From Hormiphora californensis (taxonomy: Eukaryota; Animalia; Ctenophora), in NCBI GenBank assembly GCA_020137815.1, contig CM035363.1, positions 1 through 12,564 on the forward strand: a stretch of 12,564 nt of DNA. The letters run 5' to 3'. A program made the translations under genes and the position numbers. The notes below the pieces were generated by a model. It saw nothing but the letters and a program-made list of their open reading frames with translations, did no database searches and had not been told where the DNA came from. How positions within the stretch are numbered: position 1 is the first letter of the stretch; each line of letters begins with the position of its first letter. This document shows positions 1 through 8,534 of the stretch, piece by piece.

Positions 1-1539
1 ATGGATAAGGCGAGGTGGTTATTTTGAGTCTATCATAAAGATATTGCTTGATTATATTTTTTTTTTTCTATTATTATGGGTTTTATAGGTTTTTTCTATT
101 CGGTCATAATGAGGCTTTCTCTTTCTTGGAGTTACTCTTTTATAACTAATGGGGTGGTATACTTACACTATGTCACTCTTCATGCTGTTTACATGATTTT
201 TTTTTTTGTTATGCCTTTTAGCATAGGTGGCTTATCAAATTTACTTATTCCATTATGTTTTAGCTTAGCAGATATGTGTTTACCCAGAATTAATAATCTT
301 TCTTTCTGGATGTTAGTGTTTTCTTTTTGCTTGACCGTTATTTCTTCTTCTATTTATTTAGGCGCTAGCTCTGGTTGGACTTTGTACCCACCTTATTCAT
401 CCTATCCTGGATCCTCCTGACTATCCACAGACTTTATTATCTTCTCGTTACATTTAGCAGGTGCTAGTTCTATTTTGTCCTCAATTAATTTTATAGTTAC
501 TGTTTTCGTTTTACCTATAAATTATAATTTTTCATTTTTTCAATATCCTCTATTTATAGTTGCACAACTTACTGTAAGCTTCCTTTTACTAATTTCTCTG
601 CCAGTATTGGCAGCTGCTATAACTATGTTGCTTTTTGACCGTAATTTTTCCACTTATTTTTTTAGTAATGTAAATGGTGGTGACGCATTGCTTTATCAAC
701 ATTTATTTTGGTTCTTCGGACATCCTGAAGTTTACGTTTTGATACTGCCTGCCTTTGCAGTTGTCTCCCATTTTTTATCCTTTTCCATTAATCGTGCTGT
801 GCCTTTTTCTTATCCTGGACTAAGTATTGCTATTATTGGCATAGGCGTGTTGGGTTGTGTTGTCTGGGCTCACCATATGTTTACCTCCGGTATGGATATT
901 GATACTAGATTTTATTTTGCCTCTGCCACTCTAATTATAGCGGTTCCTACTGGTATTAAAATTTTCTCCTGGCTATTTACCTTACTGTCTGACTATCTTA
1001 TTTACAGTCCTCTATTAATTTGGGTTCTTGGTTTTATTTTTCTTTTTACTTTTGGTGGCCTATGAGGTATAGTTCTTTGAAATTGTCATTTAAATTTATT
1101 TTTTCATGACTGATATTATGTTATCGCCCACTTCCATTATGTTCTTTCTTTAGGAGCAGTTGTAGGTGTTTTTATTTCTTTATTTTTTTTCTTTCCTATT
1201 TTTTATAATTTAACTTATTCCTATCTAAATCAAACTTCCATTTTTATTGTTTTTTTTATAGGTTCTAATATTCTTTTCTTTCCTTTCCATTTCTTGGGAT
1301 TATGGGGTTTACCCCGTCATTATTTACTTTTTGATTTGAATTTTTTTTGTTTTAGTATTTCTTCTCTTTTTGGTCTAATTTTGATACTTATATCTAGTGT
1401 GGAAGTTTGTTCTAATGTTTTTTATAGGGAAGGGTTGAATTACTTTTCATATTATATTGATTTATTTTTCAAACTAGATATTTTTATAGAAAATAATGTC
1501 CAATGTTTTTATAATTTATATCTGTTTTCATCCAAATAA
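1..1539 (+). CDS. cox1: cytochrome c oxidase subunit I (TGA read as sense)
   Basis: Frame 1 runs from ATG(1) to TAA(1537-1539) with only TGA interruptions. Motifs: [47 protein letters not shown]. Confidence 0.98.
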
Positions 1540-1649
1540 TGGTATTCGGTTTTTTTCTATTTTCTTATATTTCTCTGCTTTTCCTTTGTTTTTTACTATT
1601 TTCTCTAATAATATTTTGTTGCTTCAACTTTTTAATTATTATATACTAA
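1539..1649 (+). CDS. putative 36-aa hydrophobic micro-ORF (unassigned)
   Basis: ATG overlaps the cox1 stop (TAATG). Translation [36 protein letters not shown], ending TAA at 1647-1649. It fills the cox1-cox2 spacer. No homology recognised. Confidence 0.35.
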   Translation: MVFGFFLFSYISLLFLCFLLFSLIIFCCFNFLIIIY

Positions 1650-1659
1650 TTTTTTTTCC

Positions 1660-2241
1660 ATGTCCTACCTATCTCAACTAAGTTTATCCTTTTTTAGTCA
1701 TCAATTTATTTTGGTTATTTGTGTTTTTATTGTTTTTTTTATTTCTGTTATATTTATTTTTTTGTTTTTTTACCAACATAATAATACTATTTTCAACTCC
1801 AATTTTCTTCTCGAATATTTTTGGACTTTCATTCCTGTTGTGTTAGTTGTCATCTTATTCGTACCTTTATTTTTTTTTAATAATTTTCTAAGTTCTGAGT
1901 TCGATTTTAATTATTTTGTAATTGGTAATCAATGGTTTTGGGATTTCATCTATTTAGATAATTTCGTCTTTACAACTAGTTTGTTTAATTACGATTTCTT
2001 GTATAATAGTTACCCCACCGTCTACTTACCGGCTCTCCATAAATTAAATTTTTATTTAACATGAAATGATGTTCTTCATGCATTTTCTCTTCCCCATCTT
2101 TATACAATGATTGATTTAGTACCTGGAACTCTCCATACTCTAAATTTATTTTTTCCCTATATTGGTGTCTATACCGTTTATTGCGCACAAATTTGTGGTA
2201 TTAATCATTGAGCTATGCCTTTTATTGTTAATGCTCAATAA
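1660..2241 (+). CDS. cox2: cytochrome c oxidase subunit II
   Basis: ATG 1660 to TAA 2239-2241, reading through two TGA. Motifs: LEYFWTFIP, GNQWFW, DVLHAF and the CuA motif CAQICGINH*AMP. Confidence 0.97.
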
Positions 2242-2341
2242 ACTCGTCAGGTATTTTTTTCTATATTCTTTTTTCTATTCTTAGTCTTAGTTTAAATTTA
2301 TTTATTATACATGACTATCGGTTATTAACATTTACTCGTCA

Positions 2342-2423
2342 AGGTGACTATTCTGAATTTATCATAAAGACATTGCTTGATTATATTTTTTTTTTTCTAT
2401 TATTATGGGTTTTATAGGTTTTT
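2342..2423 (+). repeat. duplicated copy of the cox1 5' end (positions 13-94)
   Basis: Ungapped alignment by eye gives 76/82 identity. All 6 differences are transitions. The copy is in frame with the downstream URF. Confidence 0.95.
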
Positions 2424-3637
2424 ATATTCTTTTTTTTTTTTTTTTAGAATCATGGGTCTTTACTGATAATCACTTAATTCTTGTTTTTAATTTTTCTTGT
2501 TCTAACATTTATGCTGTTTATTTCTTAGTTATTTTGGTCCTGCTTATCGCGTTTTATTTCTTTTGTCCGGTTCGCAATTTACATAACTCAAATTCACTTA
2601 ATTTTAAAGATTTCTTTTTAAATGTGATTACAAAATTCTTAAAATTCTTAAAAAAAAATTACTTCCCCTTATTAAGAAGTTGTTTTATTATACTCCATTT
2701 CATTGTAGATTGGACTTATACTATTTATACTCTTATTTTCTTATTATTTTTCTATTTCACTAAATATCTGTGTACTTTATTTCCTAGAAAAATCCACTGA
2801 AATCTAAATAAATTTGATCCTATTTTGAATTACATCCTGAAATCATTTATTAATATTTTAAGTCTTTCTGGTTTATATAAATGTTTATTTAATTTTTTTT
2901 TCTTTTTAGGTTTTGAACATCATATTTGCTTAATATTCTCATTTATACTAATATTATTAATTTTATTGATATCATTTTTTAAATACTTATATTCTAATAA
3001 TAAGCATTTTAAAGGATTTGTTTTAAAGTCGGTCTCTTTCTTATCTAAATTCTATATAGGGAATGTACTACTTTGAGGTGGTTGTTTTTTCGTTTGCATT
3101 TTTCCCTCTCAAGAAACTAATTGCATTCCCCCTTTTGAAGGCATTCCGCCTCTTGCAGATATTGGCGATGTTCTTAACCCTAGTCCCCTTGGGGATGCTG
3201 CTGCTCTTTTTGACCAGATTGACTCTATGGTTAATACTAAGGAAGGCCCTGTAGCACCTAGGGTACCTGTTGAGGCATATTACAGCAGCGCTGATATTGT
3301 AAGTAACTTATGACCGAGTCCAGAATTAGAGTCAGAACACCTTTATGATGAACTTGTATTTCCAAGACCTTTAGTTTGATGAGGTTATAGTGATGTTCTA
3401 GACGTAGGGGCTTCCGCATCTGCACCACATCCCACATCTTTAGTATTAGAGAATCCCGCACTTGAAGGTGATTATTCAGTTTTAAACCATTCTCCATTAG
3501 CTTCAGATTATTCACATGAAGTAAATATCTCATCTGCCTCAGGACTGCCTACCACAAATACTTGAGTTGAATCTAATTCTTTATTTTCAAAAGTAAAAAA
3601 ATTTTTAGGTTCTCTCGATTGTAGGAAACAGAAATAG
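2405..3637 (+). CDS. large unassigned reading frame (410 aa from first ATG; frame open from 2291), chimeric with cox1 N-terminus
   Basis: No TAA/TAG in this frame between TAG 2288-2290 and TAG 3635-3637. It joins track ORFs 2405-2800 and 2825-3076 via TGA and continues about 187 codons further. Start is uncertain (ATT 2300/2324/2330 or ATG 2405). Confidence 0.75.
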
Positions 3638-3946
3638 TGTTAGTGTTTAAATTAGTATTATTTATTCCTATTACTTTTACTTAATTATGTTTATTGTTTT
3701 CTTCTTTATATCGTCAGTTTTCTCATTTTAACGTCCATAATTTATATATCAATTTAATATTATTTTTAAATTATTTAAATATTTTGGGGTGCATTGCTTT
3801 CCCATTCTTTATTTTTAATTTAAATTAGTTTAATGAAGTTTTATCATAATTTAAATACAATAATTGTAGACTTATCTCTAAGGTTTTCATACATATGGTG
3901 TACATACTTAATATAAAACTATTTGTTTTCTTCTTTGTATCTGCAC

Positions 3947-4000
3947 ACACCCTACACTTTTTTAATTTTATAAATTAAAAACTTTTTTCTCGTTATGGTG
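3947..4000 (+). repeat. dispersed non-coding repeat, copy 1
   Basis: ACACCCTACACT (3947-3958) and AAAAACTTTTTTCTCGTTATGGTG (3977-4000) both recur exactly at 12226-12237 and 12263-12286. Confidence 0.9.
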
Positions 4001-4099
4001 GCATAAGATAATACATTTTATTTTTATTTTACCTTTAAATATATCATTAATATTGTCTTTCTTTCTTTATTTCATTATGCCATAATTTTTTTTCTATTT

Positions 4100-5060
4100 A
4101 TATTTTTGTTTAATAAAATTTTCCAATTTCTTTTTTATTTTTTTAATTTGGAATTAAGTTTTATTAAATACTCCAATAATTCTTGGTAAGGAGTTTTCTA
4201 ACTTCGAAATAATAAAACAAGAAATTAATTTTCAAACAGTTTTATATGTTTAAGAAAATAATTTCTTTTATAAATTGGTTTATTATTATAATTATTTATA
4301 ATTTAATTTATATTAATATTTACAAGTTTATTAATACAATTTATTCTTATCTCTATACTTTTTTAAATTATTTTATTATTATCCTATTATTGCTAATAAT
4401 ATATACATTAAATTATTTTATTTAGGTACCCCCCCCCATTATAATTAATTTTATTATAATTATTGTAAAAATTAGTATTAATTTTATTTATCTAAATTCT
4501 TGTTCTTAAATTTATTCATTCAATAGTATTCTATTTAATTTTTATCACACATGTTTTATAAAAACTTAAGATTTAGTTTATTATATTAAATTTGATAAGT
4601 GTAAAATTATTGTTTCTATTTAAATCCGTCGGTGTGTAACTTGGGGTCTAATGAACTTCGTTGTTAATCTTCCAATGTGGTAAAATTCTTATAACTATTG
4701 TTTTAGAAATTGTTTATTCCTATTTTTAGATGATAAGACCCTTAAAGTTTAAATAAATAGGGCGAGTTTCTGATTTTTTATAACGAATTAAAATTCATAA
4801 AAATTGTTATTTTATTTTATTACTTAAGGGCTAACGATTTGTTGTTCCGTTTTCGTAATCACATATTCTCGATGTTGTATAACCATTAATAATTAAACAA
4901 GCTAGATCTTGATTTTTATTTTGACCGTTGGGCGATCAAAAATCGGTTCTTTATATGAGTTTAGAACGTATAATTGCAGTTCGGTTTCTATCTAAATTTT
5001 ATTATTCTTATAAGATATTATGAAAAGAAATTTTATTTATTATTTTTTCTAAAGTTATAA
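4100..5060 (+). rRNA. rnl: large subunit (16S-like) mitochondrial rRNA, reduced; ends approximate
   Basis: Divergent domain IV/V landmarks in the expected order: TGTTTTATAAAAAC (~4552), GATGATAAGACCCT (~4729), TAGGGCGA (~4758), AAGGGCTAAC (~4826), CTCGATGTTG (~4868), GAGTTTAGA..CAGTTCGGTTTCTATCT (~4957-4993). The 5' boundary is poorly defined. Confidence 0.85.
4429..4437. repeat. poly-C tract (C9)
   Basis: GGTA-C9-ATT within very AT-rich sequence. Confidence 0.85.
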
Positions 5061-5144
5061 TTTAATTTATTTGCTTTTCTTTATTTGACTAATAAAAAAT
5101 TTATTGTATTGTTTAGTATTTTAACCCTAAATACATCTTATTGA

Positions 5145-5163
5145 CCCCCCCCCCCCCCCCCCC
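5145..5163. repeat. poly-C tract (C19) between rnl and rns
   Basis: 19 consecutive C, flanked by TTGA and TGGTC. Confidence 0.9.
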
Positions 5164-5164
5164 T

Positions 5165-5660
5165 GGTCTCTCTTTATTTTTTTTAGGAGTTCCATTTAGC
5201 CTATTCTCTAATAATTGTACCAGTTCAAGCGGTGTAAACCTTAAAATTTATAATTCTTATTTTCATACTAAGCTTCCACTTTTCAAACCTTTTATTGTTT
5301 TTGTCCATATTTTCTAATGTGCCTTAGTTATTTATATTATTAATTTACATAGTTTTGAAAAATATACATGGGTGTATTAATTTTTATTAAAAAAAATTAA
5401 ATAAATATTTGTGCAAAAGAAATCAACTATTATTTTTTTAAATCATTGAATATTGTATAGGTTGGCATATTAATTATAGTAGAGTTTCTATTGACTACTA
5501 TCCAGAAGCCACCTTGGGGTCACGGAGTCCCAAGGGGTGTTTAGGTTCGCCCCACAAACATTTTTGATCACTCTCAGTGTTATGATAGTCCTATGCAATT
5601 TTTATAAAATAAGTAGTATTATGGTTTGTGGTGTTGAAATCCTACAAATTTTGATTATAA
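5165..5660 (+). rRNA. rns: small subunit (12S-like) mitochondrial rRNA, highly reduced; ends approximate
   Basis: 530-loop-like CCAGTTCAAGCGGT (~5221). A 3' motif AAGTAGTATTATGGT resembles AAGTCGTAACAAGGT and is followed by a helix-45-like hairpin TTTGTGG..TGAA..CTACAAA (~5611-5648). I saw no protein-like ORF here. Confidence 0.7.
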
Positions 5661-5672
5661 TTTTTTTTATTT

Positions 5673-6413
5673 ATGTTATATACCCACCTTAATCTTTCTA
5701 TTTTGCCTATTTTTATTTGACTTTTATTTTTTCTCTTATTTAATTATTTGTGTTATTTTTTTTCTGCTTTTTGAGCTTTTTGGGTTTTTATAATATTCCT
5801 TATTATTATATATATGTTATATTTTACTCATTCTTATTCAGAAACTTTAACTGAATTTTGATTTATACAATTTTTTTGTAATTCTCAATTTTTTATTTAT
5901 TTTGTAGTTTCTGAAGTTTTCTTCTTTTTTGGTATTTTTTGGTCTTTATTCTGGGTTATTTTTTCCTATGATTCTTGTTTTATTTTATCTTTAAGTTTAA
6001 TAAATCCTTTTGGTTTAGCACTTTTTAATACTTTTTTACTATTAACATCTTCTACTTTTGGAGTTTTATTTCATCTAAATTATCTGAACTTTAAATATGA
6101 TTTAAATCTATTACTTTGTATTGTTTTTGGTGTATTTTTTATTATTAATCAATATGTCGAGTTCAGAATTTGTTTTTATACCATCTCAGATTTCTCTTTT
6201 TGTTCTGTGTTTTTTCTTGGTACCGGTTTTCATGGATTTCACGTCTTAGTCGGTGTTATTTTCTTATTATTAAATTTGATATACTTCTCTTTAAATAGGT
6301 TTTACCTGTTATTCTTTTTAAACTGCAGCCTTCTTTACTGGCACTTTGTAGATATTATTTGGTTATTCCTCTTTTCTATTATCTATTGTATAGTGTTCAA
6401 TCTTTATATCTAG
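5673..6413 (+). CDS. cox3: cytochrome c oxidase subunit III
   Basis: ATG 5673 to TAG 6411-6413. Motifs: VSEVFFFFGIFW, NTFLLLTSS, TGFHGFHVLVG, YWHFVDIIWLFLF. Confidence 0.95.
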
Positions 6414-6424
6414 TGGTTGTTAAA

Positions 6425-7141
6425 ATGTTTCTATTATACTATTTTTTTATTTTATTTTATTCTTATATAAATGTGTTTTATTTTTTAATAATTTTTGAGA
6501 TTTGATCTATTGCATTGATTTTAAACTTTATATGACACTTTTGATTTGTTTTTTATTTGATCTTAGTATTAGATTTTTTCATTTGTTTTCTTTTAATTAA
6601 CTTCTTTTTTAATATATTATTTGCTTATTTATTAGTTTTTGGATTGTTCAGTTTGTACTTCTTCTATTTTTTTATCCTACCCTTTTACTTGTATAATAAT
6701 AAGTTATATATATTTTATTTTTGATTATACCATAAATATTATATACTTTTTTCTGTAAAATTATTATTTTATTTGTCCAACATAATTTTTTATTTAATAA
6801 TTTTTCTTATTCTTTTCTTTTTTTTTAATTTTTCTTTGAATTTTATTTTATTATTTTCTTACTTATTTTATTTCACTGTTTACATTATTTGATTAGACAT
6901 CTCTCACTACTTTCTTTTTGAATGGATCCTATTTTACATTTTAAACTTATTTTTATTAGTGTTAATTATTTATTTTTACACCCTGATACTTTTTCTTGGC
7001 ATTCCAGGTACTTCTTTATTTTTTTTTAATTTCGTATTTTGGTTTTTTGTATTAAATAATTGATATTATATTTCTTTTATAATATGCGTTGTGTACTTAT
7101 TTTTCACTTTAAATGTTCTAAAATTATTTCTTAATTTTTAA
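6425..7141 (+). CDS. nad2: NADH dehydrogenase subunit 2 (short, divergent; 238 aa)
   Basis: ATG 6425 to TAA 7139-7141, open if TGA is sense, and entirely hydrophobic. It has an intramembrane Glu in IIFEI*SI and FLGIPGTSLF resembling nad2 LAGIPP. Assigned partly by elimination. Confidence 0.7.
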
Positions 7142-7450
7142 ATGCTTTTTCTTGTTTTTTTAATTTTAATATATGTGTTTATAAATCATCTTTCCCAATT
7201 CAAAATTCATTTTAATTTATTTTGATTCCATGCTGGCTTTGCTACTAATATTTATTTTACTTTATCTTTATACTTCTTCTTTTTAATGTTATTTATTTTA
7301 TTTGCTTTTTTAGAGATTGAAATAAATTTTATCTGGTTTCTTTTTATATCTTTAAATTTTTTCCTTAATAAGTTAATACTATATTTATTTTGTATTTTAT
7401 TTCTAATTTTAACTCTATTTTATATTTTAGAATTAGGTTTTTTATTTTAA
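7142..7450 (+). CDS. nad3: NADH dehydrogenase subunit 3
   Basis: ATG directly after the nad2 stop, ending TAA 7448-7450 (102 aa). FHAGF corresponds to YECGF, FLEIEI to FDLEI, and there is a C-terminal LELGF. Confidence 0.85.
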
Positions 7451-7454
7451 TTTA

Positions 7455-8534
7455 ATGTATTTATTTTTTTTTCAATCCTTATTTTTTTTAGTTTTCAATT
7501 TATTTATGTTTTATAATTTTTTTAGAAGAGAAATTTTTTTTATATTTTCTATAATAGTTCTTTTAAATTTTCTTTTTATTTCTAATATTTACGTATTTTT
7601 TATTGTATATGAGTTTTTAGTCTTTCCTCTTTTAATTTGGACACTTCTGTCTTGCTCTATGAATTATATTTTATCTCGTTCTTTCATTTTCTTATTCTTT
7701 ATTAGTTACGTTTTAACTTTTCTTTTCTTTTTATCATTTTTATTGTTAAGTTTTTGTTTTTTACAATATAATTTTGTTTTTTTTATCCTTTTCTCTCTGT
7801 CTTTTTTATTTAAAGCACCTCTATTTCCTTTTTTCAATTGGTTAATATTTTTACACGTATACGCCAGTACTGGCATATCTGTTTTTTTAGCTAGTTTTTA
7901 TTTAAAATTATGAGCATTATTTTTTCTGTTTTTTTACTTCTATTTAAGCTATAATTTAATATTATATGTTAGTATATTAACTTGTATTTTAGTTTTATTT
8001 TTTATTGTTTTCGAAATCAATTTCAAAAGATTAATAGCTTTTGGTAGTATATTCCATTGTTCTATATCTATTTTATTTATTTATTTTTCTTATATTATTC
8101 AACTTAAATCTTTATTGATTTTATTTTTCATTATACATTTTATTCACGCTTTTTGTTCAGGGTTATTTTTTTATACCTTTGGCATCCTCTATGAGTTTTT
8201 CCATATAAAAACTTGGATCACATTTTCTTCTTTTTCTAAATTTTGAAATGAATTTATATTCTTTGTGTTCCTACTAACGATGGTTTATTTCTCTTTTCCA
8301 TTATTTTTTACTTTTCTAGTGGAACTAACCATTCTGGTAAATTTAAACTCTCAATTTTATTTTTTTTTGTATTGTTTTTTAATTTTTACAAATTTCATAT
8401 TCTTATTTCTAAATTTTAAATTTTTCTATAATACCTTGTCGCTTGTAAGCCTATCATACTATATGTCAGTTAAAAATTATTTTTCATTCTTTCTGGTATT
8501 AATATCATGCGCCTTTTTTTCGCATTGCTTTTAG
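7455..8534 (+). CDS. nad4: NADH dehydrogenase subunit 4
   Basis: ATG 7455 to TAG 8532-8534. Motifs: FFIVYEFLVFP, KAPLFPFFNWLIFLHVYA, NFKRLIAFGSIFH, HAFCSGLFF. Confidence 0.93.

Noticed and set aside
1496-1681. 61-aa + strand ORF in the track
   Set aside because: It overlaps both cox1 and cox2 out of frame and has no motif. The 1539-1649 frame fits the spacer better.
2242-2345. Short direct repeat ACTCGTCA(A)GGT at 2242 and 2334, and an open frame continuing after the cox2 stop
   Set aside because: The core is only 8 nt and the frame has no ATG. It may mark a duplication breakpoint but is too weak to call.
2632-2649. AAAATTCTT tandem duplication (KFL KFL)
   Set aside because: A two-copy low-complexity slippage repeat, though it does preserve the URF frame.
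2405-3637. URF as atp6, homing endonuclease, reverse transcriptase, polB or mutS
   Set aside because: I see no atp6 RLxAN motif and no LAGLIDADG, GIY-YIG, YADD or Walker A motif.
3638-4100. Second URF or tRNA in the spacer before rnl
   Set aside because: The + strand ATG-led frames I checked (3687, 3833) are under 30 codons and I see no cloverleaf. A possible TGGCATAA/TTATGCCA stem (3998-4082) could simply be rRNA or leader structure.
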